DNA of 64,000 nucleotides from Alphaproteobacteria bacterium. Lineage in GTDB: Bacteria > Pseudomonadota > Alphaproteobacteria > SP197. Within the stretch, counting starts at the first letter, position 1. Each line of letters begins with the position of its first letter. Positions 1 to 9,733 of this stretch are shown piece after piece. The stretch covers positions 4,352,001-4,416,000 of the forward strand of contig OZ219747.1 in assembly GCA_964291265.2 (NCBI GenBank). Direction: 5' to 3'. The translations under genes and the position numbers were made by a program. Below the pieces are notes generated by a model. The model saw only the letters and a list, made by a program, of their open reading frames with translations. It searched no databases and was not told where the DNA came from.

Positions 1-45
1 GATGGATACAGGGAATCTCGCGATGTCGCCGCGGAGCCTTCGCGC
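1..45 (-). ncRNA. ssrS: Possible 5' part of 6S RNA (runs off the window edge)
   Basis: Lies just downstream of zapA, the usual position of ssrS in proteobacteria. Minus strand reads ...gcgagattccctgtatccatc, reminiscent of alphaproteobacterial 6S. Truncated, boundaries approximate. Confidence 0.35.
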
Positions 46-77
46 GCGGTGCGCTGCGGGGCTGGCCGGACCGGGCG

Positions 78-392
78 TCACGTGCCGCTTTCGATACGCC
101 GGGCAGCGCACTCGATCCGCTCCGCCAGCGCATCGATGGCAACGGCCCGGCGCGAATCGAGGGCCTTCGTTGTCCCGCTGCCTCCAGCCTCCTGGTAATC
201 CCAGAGTTCATCGACAAGGTGAAGCGATGCCAGAAGCAGCAAGCGCTGATCGCCGAGATTGCCGAGCTGGCCGACGAGTTCCTTCACCTTGCTGTCAACA
301 TAGTCGGCAAGTTCGCAGGTCCGTCTTTCCTGTCCCTCGCCACAGGCCACCTCGTACTCATGGCCGTTGATCAGCACCGTCACCTGGGGCAT
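78..392 (-). CDS. zapA: Cell division protein ZapA
   Basis: MPQVTVLINGHEYEVACGEGQE...RLLLLASLHLVDEL matches the ZapA pattern; divergent from tkt as in other alphaproteobacteria. Confidence 0.9.
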   Translation of the reverse strand: MPQVTVLINGHEYEVACGEGQERRTCELADYVDSKVKELVGQLGNLGDQRLLLLASLHLVDELWDYQEAGGSGTTKALDSRRAVAIDALAERIECAARRIESGT

Positions 393-621
393 CACCGCGC
401 TCCAACATCGTTTTCAGTTCCGAGATCACGGACCCCAGGCGGAAATCGGCCGTCTTCAGCTTCTCTTCCAGTTTCCGGATCTTGTCCCCGGCATCGCCGG
501 GCTCCCCCTGAAACCGGCCCTGCGCGACTCCTTCACGTGCATCCTGCGACAGGTCGAGGGCATGTTCCAGTCGCGTGACGGCCTTGTCCAGCCTCATCAA
601 CGTCTTGTCCCGTGAAGCCAT
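358..621 (-). CDS. Small coiled-coil protein upstream of zapA (DUF4164-like)
   Basis: MASRDKTLMRLDKAVTRLEHAL... from ATG at 621; heptad-like pattern; typical position between tkt and zapA. Confidence 0.6.
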   Translation of the reverse strand: MASRDKTLMRLDKAVTRLEHALDLSQDAREGVAQGRFQGEPGDAGDKIRKLEEKLKTADFRLGSVISELKTMLERGDAPGDGADQRP

Positions 622-793
622 GATCGCCCCTGGTCCGAAGTCGGGGCGACAATAGCGCCATGGAGCATGCCGATAAAGATGGGTATCGCAGAATGCCAGG
701 ACATGGCGGACCTTGTTCCGGTTCCCTCCACTCCTTATGTAGGGTCGCGATGCCACCAGGCATGGAGAAGGCAGTGAGGGGGTCACGATCCTG

Positions 794-2785
794 ATGGACG
801 GGCAGTCGGTGGAGCGGATGACACAACGCAGGATGGCAAACGCCATAAGGGCCCTTGCCATGGACGCTGTCGAGGCGGCATCCAGTGGCCATCCCGGTAT
901 GCCCATGGGCATGGCGGACGTTGCCACCGTGCTCTTCACGAGATTTCTGAAGTTCGACCCCAGGTATCCGCAATGGCCTGACCGGGACCGCTTCGTTCTC
1001 TCGGCCGGCCACGGATCCATGCTGCTCTACGCGTTGCTCCATCTTTCGGGCTACGCCGACATGACCCTGGACGAGATTCGCAGGTTCAGGCAGCTGGGGA
1101 GCCGCACGGCAGGCCACCCCGAGTACGGTGCCAGTCCCGGCATAGAGACCACCACCGGGCCGCTCGGCCAGGGTTTCGCCAACGCCGTCGGCATGGCCCT
1201 GGGTGAAAGGATCATGGCGGACCGCTTCGGCGATGTGGTCGACCACCGGACCTGGGTGATCGCCGGTGATGGCTGCCTCATGGAGGGAATCAGCCACGAA
1301 GCCGCCTCTCTGGCCGGCCACCTCGCGCTCAACCGCCTGATCGTGCTGTTCGACGACAACGGCATCTCGATCGACGGGCCGACCTCGCTGGCCGTCTCCG
1401 ATGACACCCTGGCGCGTTTCACGGCCCTGAACTGGGCGGTGGAACGCGTGGACGGTCATGACGGCGAGGCGATCGCCGGTGCCCTGGGAAGGGCCCTCGT
1501 CAGTGATCGTCCAAGTCTCGTTGCCTGCCGCACCGTCATCGGTTTCGGTTCTCCGGGCAAGGCGGGAACGGCGGCGTCCCACGGCTCTCCCCTGGGCGCG
1601 GACGAGATTTCCGCCGCACGCCGCGAACTCGCCTGGGAAGCGGACCCCTTTGTCATTCCCGATGACATTCTCGATTCCTGGAGAGAGGCGGGGCGACGCA
1701 ACGCTCCTCTCCACGAGGAGTGGCAACGAAAGTTCGATTTACTCGATGTCACCATGCGCCGGGAGTTCGAGCGGCGCATGGCCGGCGACGTCGTGGACCG
1801 GGTCCGCGACGTCACGGCCGAGCATGTCTCCCGCCTGCTCGCCGAACCGGTCCGTGTCGCCACCCGCAAGGCAAGTGAACTGGCGCTTGACTGCCTGACC
1901 GGAGCGCTGCCCGAGATGATTGGCGGATCGGCAGACCTCACCGGCTCCAACAACACGCGCACGGGCGCGATGGCCGACATCACCGCCGGGAACTATTCCG
2001 GAACCTATGTCCGTTATGGAGTCCGCGAACACGCGATGGCCGCCGCCATGACCGGCATGGCCCTCCATGGCGGGCTCATCCCCTACGGAGGGACCTTTCT
2101 CGCCTTCACCGACTACTGTCGTCCGTCCATCCGCCTCGCCGCCCTCATGCGGCAGCGTGTCATCTTCGTGATGACACACGACTCGATCGGACTTGGCGAG
2201 GACGGGCCGACACATCAGCCGGTGGAGCACCTCGCCAGCCTGAGGGCCATTCCCAACCTCCATGTCTACCGTCCGGCGGATGCCGTCGAGACCGCCGAGT
2301 GCTGGCAACTGGCCCTGACGTCACAGACGACGCCGTCGGTGATCGCGCTCTCCCGACAGGGTCTTCCCCAGGCGAGGCATGAATCCCTTGCCGGCAATCC
2401 CTGCAGCGCGGGCGCCTACGTGATTCGCGAGGCCGTGGCGGCGCATCGGGCCACCATCGTGGCCAGTGGATCGGAGGTCGCGATCGCCATCGAGGCAGGC
2501 CGCGTTCTCGAGGATGACGGGGTCGGTGTGCGCATCGTGTCGATGCCGTGCCAGGAACTCTTCAGGAACCAGACTCCGGCCGACCGCGCCGCCCTGATCC
2601 CGCGCGATCGCGCGACCGTTGCCGTCGAGGCGTCCCTGCCCTTCGGATGGACGGACATCATTGGCGAGGAAGGCGGGTTTGTCGGCGTCAGCGGTTTTGG
2701 AGAATCGGCGCCTGCCGGAGCGCTCTACGAACACTTCGGCATCACGCCTCATGCCGTCGTCGAGACGGTCAGACAGCGCCTCTGA
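794..2785 (+). CDS. tkt: Transketolase
   Basis: SGHPGMPMG, DRDRFVLSAGHGS, GDGCLMEG (TPP motif), THDSIGLGEDGPTHQP. Confidence 0.98.
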   Translation: MDGQSVERMTQRRMANAIRALAMDAVEAASSGHPGMPMGMADVATVLFTRFLKFDPRYPQWPDRDRFVLSAGHGSMLLYALLHLSGYADMTLDEIRRFRQLGSRTAGHPEYGASPGIETTTGPLGQGFANAVGMALGERIMADRFGDVVDHRTWVIAGDGCLMEGISHEAASLAGHLALNRLIVLFDDNGISIDGPTSLAVSDDTLARFTALNWAVERVDGHDGEAIAGALGRALVSDRPSLVACRTVIGFGSPGKAGTAASHGSPLGADEISAARRELAWEADPFVIPDDILDSWREAGRRNAPLHEEWQRKFDLLDVTMRREFERRMAGDVVDRVRDVTAEHVSRLLAEPVRVATRKASELALDCLTGALPEMIGGSADLTGSNNTRTGAMADITAGNYSGTYVRYGVREHAMAAAMTGMALHGGLIPYGGTFLAFTDYCRPSIRLAALMRQRVIFVMTHDSIGLGEDGPTHQPVEHLASLRAIPNLHVYRPADAVETAECWQLALTSQTTPSVIALSRQGLPQARHESLAGNPCSAGAYVIREAVAAHRATIVASGSEVAIAIEAGRVLEDDGVGVRIVSMPCQELFRNQTPADRAALIPRDRATVAVEASLPFGWTDIIGEEGGFVGVSGFGESAPAGALYEHFGITPHAVVETVRQRL

Positions 2786-2856
2786 CGCGGGATGCGTTGA
2801 CCGGCCGCCCTTGAAGCAGGTAGGACAGGGGGACCCGTTGGTCCTGGAGGTGAGGT

Positions 2857-3864
2857 ATGGCGGTTCGCGTTGCCATCAACGGATTCGGCCGTATCGGCCG
2901 CCTCGTGTTTCGCGCCGCGATGGAATCGGGACGCGACGACGTCGAGTTCGTGGCCATCAACGATCTGGGCACGGCCGAGGCCAACGCCCACCTCCTCAAG
3001 TACGACACCGTTCATGGCATCTATCCGGGTGAGGTCTCGGCACGCGGCACGACACTCGAGGTGGATGGAAGGCGTGTTGCCGTGCTCCAGGAACGACACC
3101 CCTCCCAGCTTCCCTGGCGCGACCTCGAGATCGATGTCGTCATGGAATGCACGGGCGCCTTTGCCTCCCGCGAGCAGGCCTCCCGGCACCTCGAGGCCGG
3201 CGCCCGCAAGGTCCTGATCTCCGCACCGGCGCAGGGTGCGGATCTCACCGTGGTCTACGGGGTCAATCACGGCAAGCTTCGCAAGGGGCACGATGTCGTC
3301 TCCAACGCCTCGTGCACCACGAACTGCCTGGCGCCGGTCGCCGCCGTGCTTCACAGAGCGGTCGGCATCCGTCACGGGTTCATGACAACCATTCATGCCT
3401 TCACCGGGGACCAGAGAACCGTCGATACCCTGCATGCTGACCCGCGTCGGGCACGCGCCGCATCGGCGTCCATGATTCCCACCTCGACCGGTGCTGCCCG
3501 TGCCGTGGGCCTGGTGCTGCCGGAACTCGAAGGCAAGCTCGACGGCACGTCGATCCGGGTTCCCACGCCCAATGTCAGTCTCGTCGACTTCAAGTTCGAG
3601 GCACAGGAGGAGACCACCGTGAAGGCCGTCAACCGTGCCGTGAGCAAGGCGGCCCGCGGCCGTCTCAAGGGTGTTCTTGCGGTGAATGACGAGCCACTCG
3701 TTTCCAGTGATTTCAACCACAACCCTGCGAGTTCCATCTTCGATCTAGACGAGACCAAGGTCATCGACGGACGCCTTGTCAGGGTGCTCTCCTGGTATGA
3801 CAACGAATGGGGGTTCTCGAACCGGATGAGCGACACGGCGGCGGCGCTCGCCCGGTTCCTCTAG
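2857..3864 (+). CDS. gap: Type I glyceraldehyde-3-phosphate dehydrogenase
   Basis: INGFGRIGR, SNASCTTNCLAP, WYDNEWGFS; RBS ggaggtgagg upstream. Confidence 0.98.
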   Translation: MAVRVAINGFGRIGRLVFRAAMESGRDDVEFVAINDLGTAEANAHLLKYDTVHGIYPGEVSARGTTLEVDGRRVAVLQERHPSQLPWRDLEIDVVMECTGAFASREQASRHLEAGARKVLISAPAQGADLTVVYGVNHGKLRKGHDVVSNASCTTNCLAPVAAVLHRAVGIRHGFMTTIHAFTGDQRTVDTLHADPRRARAASASMIPTSTGAARAVGLVLPELEGKLDGTSIRVPTPNVSLVDFKFEAQEETTVKAVNRAVSKAARGRLKGVLAVNDEPLVSSDFNHNPASSIFDLDETKVIDGRLVRVLSWYDNEWGFSNRMSDTAAALARFL

Positions 3865-3883
3865 GAGAACACCCTGCCCGGTC

Positions 3884-5068
3884 GTGGGCACCATCCGCAC
3901 ACTCGATGACATCAGTCCTGCCGACAGGCGGGTTCTGCTGCGCCTCGACCTCAATGTGCCCATCGACGGTGGACGTGTCACGGGAAGCGAACGCATCGCA
4001 AGGAGCCTTGCCACCGTGCGAGAACTGGCACATACCGGGGCCCGCACGATCATTCTGGCCCACCTCGGCAGGCCGGGGGGAAGGTCCGACCCTTCCCTGT
4101 CGCTCGCTCCCGTCGCCGCGTCCGTCGAGGAGGCCCTTGGCCGTCCGGTAGCCTTCGCCACCGACACGATCGGCGACAGCGCCGCGGACACCATCGCTTC
4201 GACCGGTCCGGGCGATGTCGCCGTGCTCGAGAATCTCCGCTTCCATCCGGGAGAGGAGTGCGATGACCGCGACTTCGCCCGCGCCCTCGGCGCCCTTGGC
4301 GACATCTACGTCAACGATGCCTTTTCGGTCAGTCACCGCGCCCATGCCTCGGTCACGTCGCTGGCACGTCTGCTGCCGTCCTGCGCCGGGCGTCTCATGG
4401 AGGAGGAGGTGAGCGCCCTTGCCCGGGCGCTCGGTCATCCGGTGCGCCCCCTTGCAGCCGTCGTCGGCGGTGCCAAGGTATCGACCAAGCTTGCCATCCT
4501 GGATCATCTGTCGCGCTGGGCGGATCATCTCGTCGTCGGCGGCGCCATGGCCAACACCTTCCTCGCCGCCCAGGGCACCGGGATCGGCGCCTCGCTTCAC
4601 GAGATCGACATGACCGGCACCGCCGATCGCATCATGAGATCGGCCCGCGATCGTGGTCATGCCATTCACCTGCCTGTCGATGCCGTTGTCGAGGAAGACG
4701 GCCGGCCGGTGTCCTGCGACCTTGATGCCATCGGTCGCGAGGCGCGGATTCTCGATGTCGGACCACTGACCGTGGCGGCAGTCTCGCGCCTCGTCGAAGG
4801 GTGCAGGACCGTGGTTTGGAACGGGCCCATGGGGATGTTCGAACGCGACGGCTTCGACCGGGGGACCGTCGATCTCGCCCGCGCGATCGCCGAACTGTCG
4901 CGGAGCGGATCGGTCTTCTCCGTGGCGGGCGGCGGCGACACGGCAGCGGCTCTCAACCGTGCCGGCGTCACGGACGGTTTCTCCTACGTCTCCACGGCGG
5001 GCGGCGCCTTCCTGCAATGGCTCGAAGGGACACCGCTGCCCGGACTCGTGGCGCTGGAGGCGGCCTGA
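3884..5068 (+). CDS. pgk: Phosphoglycerate kinase
   Basis: RLDLNVP, LENLRF, GGAKVSTK, WNGPMGMFE, STAGGAFL. Confidence 0.97.
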   Translation: MGTIRTLDDISPADRRVLLRLDLNVPIDGGRVTGSERIARSLATVRELAHTGARTIILAHLGRPGGRSDPSLSLAPVAASVEEALGRPVAFATDTIGDSAADTIASTGPGDVAVLENLRFHPGEECDDRDFARALGALGDIYVNDAFSVSHRAHASVTSLARLLPSCAGRLMEEEVSALARALGHPVRPLAAVVGGAKVSTKLAILDHLSRWADHLVVGGAMANTFLAAQGTGIGASLHEIDMTGTADRIMRSARDRGHAIHLPVDAVVEEDGRPVSCDLDAIGREARILDVGPLTVAAVSRLVEGCRTVVWNGPMGMFERDGFDRGTVDLARAIAELSRSGSVFSVAGGGDTAAALNRAGVTDGFSYVSTAGGAFLQWLEGTPLPGLVALEAA

Positions 5069-5442
5069 CACCCCGCGTCGTCGAAACCCTGGAGGAAGCC
5101 CGCACGGCCGTGGCGCAAGCCCGACGGCACGACCGGGAGATCCTGCTTGTTACCGCACCGGGGGCCTGTGCGCGGCTGGGACCGGCCCATCTTCTGGAAA
5201 TGATGCGCCAGGCGGGCGCCGGCACCCTTTCCGTGCGTGCGCTGATCGACTGCGGTCCGGATGCCGGATACGCCATGCTCGCCCTGCGCCTGGGCTGGCG
5301 CGACATTCACCTCAAGGGAGAGTCTTCCATCGTCGCCCGCATCGCCGACATGACCAGAGCGTGCGGCGGCACGTTCCACCACGAACTCCCACCCCTTCAC
5401 GACAGGGGTGAAGCGCCCCTCGCCACCCCTGGCCCGTGCTGA
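5065..5442 (+). CDS. Conserved hypothetical protein following pgk
   Basis: Frame of ORF 4801..5442 from the pgk stop: ...LLVTAPGACARLGP...LIDCGPDAGYAMLALRLG. Resembles the small protein often found after pgk in Rhodospirillales; start codon uncertain. Confidence 0.6.
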   Translation: MTPRVVETLEEARTAVAQARRHDREILLVTAPGACARLGPAHLLEMMRQAGAGTLSVRALIDCGPDAGYAMLALRLGWRDIHLKGESSIVARIADMTRACGGTFHHELPPLHDRGEAPLATPGPC

Positions 5443-5461
5443 CATGAAGTCGGCGGCCCTC

Positions 5462-5817
5462 AACCCGGCCACCGAGTTCACTGCGTACGCGACTTCACCG
5501 GCGACGAGGACCGCTGCAGGATCCATGCCATCTGCCGCGCCGCCTTTCCTGTCCGAGGAACGCCGCCATCGTGCGCTCACGGCGGACACTTTGACTGATC
5601 GGCCAACCGGCATGACGCCGCACGCGCCCGGGACGCACTCGACGCTATCCTCATCCCACCCGGCGAATGAGCCGTTGCTCCTGACCCCGCGCGGAACACC
5701 CGGAACGCGCCTCCGACACAGCGCGACAGGACAGTCGTGCCCGACATCGCGCACAGCAGTGACCACTGAAACCGGCACGCAGAGAACCCGGGTCGCCTTG
5801 AGCATGCCCCGTCCCTG
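5462..5817 (+). mobile_element. ISAs1-family remnant (transposase C-terminus plus element end)
   Basis: Degenerate HCVRDFTGDEDRCR...ANRHDAARARDALDAILIPPGE* (stop 5668-5670); ends in ...gtccctg (5817). Homologous to 15652-16050 in inverted orientation. Confidence 0.75.
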
Positions 5818-5945
5818 CCGCATCAGCGCTCCAGGTCCTGCAATGCAGTGGTCCTGTGCTTGCCGGATTTGACGATATGTGTCTTGCCCTGCATAATTCT
5901 GCTTGGGGCGATAGAGCCTTCCAGTCAATCGATGTCGGTGGAACC

Positions 5946-6160
5946 ATGGTCCCCGAGGAACCTTGGGTCGGGCTCACTGAAGTAGCCGCTCACCAGGGAG
6001 TAGCCAAAGACACGGTTTACCACTGGGTCGAACGCAGGGTATGCCTGCCCACAGCATCGGTCGGTTGTTCCGCTTCGGGCTTTCGCAGGTAGACGGGTGG
6101 GTCGAGAACAACACGGACCATTTGGCGACAAGCCGAAGTCGGGAAGGGCGGACGCCATAG
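5946..6160 (+). pseudogene. Frameshifted excisionase-type HTH (HTH_17/MerR-like) DNA-binding protein
   Basis: MVPEEPWVGLTEVAAHQGVAKDTVYHWVER, then in another frame MPAHSIGRLFRFGLSQVDGWVE; frameshift near 6040. Confidence 0.75.
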
Positions 6161-6178
6161 GACGAAACAATCCACACA

Positions 6179-9100
6179 ATGGTTGAGCATACCCTTGCGG
6201 CGCGAATCGGGAACCGCGTGTCTCTCCCCGGGCACTTCGACGCACCGGTTATCCTGGAGGATGTGCGGCCCTTGGGTGCCAACGGATCCGCCGGCTGCGA
6301 GTGCCGCGTCCGTCTGCCGAACGGCGAACTTGAGGAGGCGGTCATCACGCCTGACGAGGCCGTTGAGCTTCTCGGTACGGAAGCTGCACGAGAGAAGCCG
6401 GCTTCTCAACCCGTGGATGCGAACCGCCTGCGCCTCCTTGTCGAATCTGTCCGCATTCGTCTCGCCTACGCCTACGACCGTCAGTTCGCAGTGAGCCTTT
6501 CCGGCATCAGGACGCTGCCGCACCAGCTTGAAGCGGTCTACATGAAGATGCTGCCGCAGCCACGTCTGCGATTTCTTCTTGCTGACGATCCCGGCGCCGG
6601 GAAGACGATCATGGCCGGTTTGCTGATCAAGGAACTCAAGCTGCGCAAGGCCATCGAGCGTTGTCTCATCCTCGTCCCCGCGCCCCTCACCATTCAGTGG
6701 CAGGATGAGCTGCTGCGCTTTTTCAACGAGCCGTTTCAGATCATCCATTCGGCGAACGACCAGCGGCAACTCCTGAACCTCTGGGAGCGGGAGCACCAGG
6801 TCATCGCATCCATCGATTACGCCAAGCAGGATGATGTCCGCGAGCGCGTATGGCGGCAGCGGTGGGACATCATCATCATCGACGAAGCCCACAAGTGCAG
6901 CGCCTACACCAAGCGCGCGTCGGGACGCGAGGACGAAATCGTACGCACGAAGCGATATCAGCTTGCCGAGCGTCTCTCCGAGCAGTGCGACAGCCTGCTG
7001 CTGCTGACGGCCACCCCACATCACGGCGACGACGACCGGTTCGCGCATTTCATCCGCCTGCTTGACGGCGACCTGTTCCCAGAACCGCACCGTTTCGGCG
7101 AGGCAGCCGGCGACATACGCCGAGACATCCTCAAGCTCGGCGAGGACTGCCCGTGGTCACTTCGTCGGCTGAAGGAAGATCTGAAGGACATGCGCGGGCG
7201 CCGTCTGTTTCCGGACCGCCACGTACAGACTGTCAGCTTCGCCCTCGGACCGGAGGAGTACACCATCTACAAGGCGGTGACGGCCTACATCAACGAGTTC
7301 CTGCCGCAGACGACGGGCCGCCGCAAGAACAGCGTCGCACTGGCGCGCACTGTCTTCCAGCGCCGCCTTGCGAGCTCGACGCACGCGATCCACGAATCAC
7401 TGCGACGCCGCAGGAAGAAGCAGAATGACCTGCTCCGCGAAGTCGAGGCGTTGCCTCCCACCCAGCGCGCCCGCCGTCTTGCCCAACTGCAAGGCCGGCT
7501 TTCGGACACCGAACAGGACGAAGACGACCTCGATGATGCCACCCGTGACGTGCTCATTGACGAAGCGACCGCCGCGGCCGAGCTGGACCAGCTCCGCGCC
7601 GAGCTTGCGGAGCTCGGCGATCTCGTGGCTCGCGTCGGGCGGGTGCGGGAGAGCGGACGCGATTCGAAGCTGGTGGCTCTGCGCGAATGTGTGCAGCGAT
7701 CGGAATTCGAGGAGCTGAAGGACGGACGCGGCAAGCTCCTTCTCTTCACCGAACACCGGGACACGCTCGATTATCTGCGCGAACACCTTGAAGCGTGGGG
7801 CTACTCGACTTGCCAGATTCACGGCGGGATGAATCCGCGCGAGCGCAAGCAGGCCCAGGAGGATTTCCGAACGAGCCGTCAAATCTGCGTGGCCACCGAA
7901 GCGGCCGGAGAAGGCATCAACCTCCAGTTCTGCCACCTGATGATCAACTACGACCTACCCTGGAACCCGACCCGTCTCGAGCAGCGCCTGGGCCGCATCC
8001 ACCGCATAGGGCAGACGCGCGACGTGTATGCGTTCAACTTCGTGGCGACATCCTCCGAAGACGGCCAGCCGGTCATCGAAGGGCGCATCCTGGAACGGCT
8101 CCTCGGCAAGCTGGACCGCATGCGCGAGGCACTCGGAGACCGCGTGTTCGATGTTGTCGGCGAAGTGCTCTCGCTGAACAAGGTGAACCTTCCGGACATG
8201 CTGCGCGAGGTGGCCTACGAGCCGAGACGCCTGGACGACTATCTCGACGTCATCGATCGCATCGACCCCGACCTGCTCGGCAAATATGAGGAGGCGACTG
8301 GCATCGCATTGGCGCGCGGGCATGTGGATTTCTCGGCCTTCGCCCAAGCCAATCTGGAGGTCGAGGAACGCCGGCTCATGCCGCGCTACGTGGAGTCCCA
8401 TTTCCTGAGCGCAGCAAAGGTCGTAGGACTCCGCACGGAAGCGAGGGCGGACGGACTCTGGCGGATCGAGCACATGCGCGCTGATCTCCGCTCCGAACGG
8501 CTCGCCGCGGTGCGGCGCCTGGGTACGCCGGACGCGAGTTACCGCAAGCTGACCTTCTACAAGGAGCATCTCGAACAGGATCAACACCTCGATGCCGTAC
8601 TGCTCGGCCCCGGCCATGCCGTCTACGCTGCGGTCGATGAGAAACTGAACGAACTGCTTCACGATGTGATGGGCGGCACTGCAGTCTATATGGATTCGAT
8701 GGCTGCGGTGCCGTATCGACTGCACTTCTACGAGATCACGATTCGGGGTCAGACAACGCAGGGAGATGCGATGACCATTCATGCCGAGCTCGCAGCCGTG
8801 CGCGAAGAGGCTGCGGAGACCATGGCCGGCACCGAGCGGTTCCAGGTGGTACCAGCCGACATCCTGATCGACCTCGCGGAACACCCCCACCCCCCGGAGG
8901 CGCTTCCCGGAATCGACTTCGGAACCGTCAGCGACTACGTCAAGACTACGGTCCAGATGGAACGCCGCAGCGTTGCTCGAGACGAACGCAGCCGATACGC
9001 TGAGGTCACGCACGACTATCTCAAGAAGTCCTTCGACGCGCGCGTGAGGGCCGCGCAGGATCGCGTGATGCGGTTGAAGGCCCGCGAGCCTGCCGAGCCG

Positions 9101-9733
9101 GAAGTGGCCCTTGCCCGACAGCAGGCAGAACAGGGCCTGACCGACCTCGAACGCGCCCGGCAGGAACGCATCACCGGCGTGGACCGCCTCCGCGTAGCCC
9201 GTCACGGCCCGGTACGCCACCTGGCCAGTTGTCTGGTGCTTCCTCCCGACACGGCAATCGACAGCTTCCCTGAACTGGCGGAAGATCAGGATGCACGACT
9301 GAAGCGCCGAATCGAGCTTGCTGCCGAGGACATCGTCGTGGCGCACGAAGAGGCTCATAACCGCGATTGCGAGCGGGTGGGGCATCTCAAGATCGGTTTC
9401 GACATCCGCAGCCTCGCGGCTCCTGACCCACAGACCGGATACCGCGATCCGGTTGACGGCGTCAGGCGCATCGAGGTCAAGGGACGCAGAGCGGGCCACC
9501 CGATCCGGCTTACCACGAACGAGTGGTACAAGGCCCAGCAACTCGGCGACACATACTGGCTCTACGTGGTATGGGACCCGCTCGATAACCCGGACGCCGT
9601 CCCGATAATCATCCGCAACCCCGCCAAGCATCTGGACTACGCAAAGAGGGAGGTCGTTGCCGCGCGCCATTACGACATTCCGGCGAATGCCGTCGAGCAA
9701 GCGGCGCAAGATCTCCAGGAGAGCGCCGCATGA
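6179..9733 (+). CDS. SNF2-family helicase with C-terminal DUF3883 (PD-(D/E)XK-like nuclease) domain
   Basis: LLADDPGAGKT, DEAH, LTATP, ATEAAGEGINLQ, YDLPWNP..LEQRLGRIHRIGQ; C-terminal GFDIRS...IEVKGR...LTTNEW. Confidence 0.92.
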   Translation: MVEHTLAARIGNRVSLPGHFDAPVILEDVRPLGANGSAGCECRVRLPNGELEEAVITPDEAVELLGTEAAREKPASQPVDANRLRLLVESVRIRLAYAYDRQFAVSLSGIRTLPHQLEAVYMKMLPQPRLRFLLADDPGAGKTIMAGLLIKELKLRKAIERCLILVPAPLTIQWQDELLRFFNEPFQIIHSANDQRQLLNLWEREHQVIASIDYAKQDDVRERVWRQRWDIIIIDEAHKCSAYTKRASGREDEIVRTKRYQLAERLSEQCDSLLLLTATPHHGDDDRFAHFIRLLDGDLFPEPHRFGEAAGDIRRDILKLGEDCPWSLRRLKEDLKDMRGRRLFPDRHVQTVSFALGPEEYTIYKAVTAYINEFLPQTTGRRKNSVALARTVFQRRLASSTHAIHESLRRRRKKQNDLLREVEALPPTQRARRLAQLQGRLSDTEQDEDDLDDATRDVLIDEATAAAELDQLRAELAELGDLVARVGRVRESGRDSKLVALRECVQRSEFEELKDGRGKLLLFTEHRDTLDYLREHLEAWGYSTCQIHGGMNPRERKQAQEDFRTSRQICVATEAAGEGINLQFCHLMINYDLPWNPTRLEQRLGRIHRIGQTRDVYAFNFVATSSEDGQPVIEGRILERLLGKLDRMREALGDRVFDVVGEVLSLNKVNLPDMLREVAYEPRRLDDYLDVIDRIDPDLLGKYEEATGIALARGHVDFSAFAQANLEVEERRLMPRYVESHFLSAAKVVGLRTEARADGLWRIEHMRADLRSERLAAVRRLGTPDASYRKLTFYKEHLEQDQHLDAVLLGPGHAVYAAVDEKLNELLHDVMGGTAVYMDSMAAVPYRLHFYEITIRGQTTQGDAMTIHAELAAVREEAAETMAGTERFQVVPADILIDLAEHPHPPEALPGIDFGTVSDYVKTTVQMERRSVARDERSRYAEVTHDYLKKSFDARVRAAQDRVMRLKAREPAEPEVALARQQAEQGLTDLERARQERITGVDRLRVARHGPVRHLASCLVLPPDTAIDSFPELAEDQDARLKRRIELAAEDIVVAHEEAHNRDCERVGHLKIGFDIRSLAAPDPQTGYRDPVDGVRRIEVKGRRAGHPIRLTTNEWYKAQQLGDTYWLYVVWDPLDNPDAVPIIIRNPAKHLDYAKREVVAARHYDIPANAVEQAAQDLQESAA

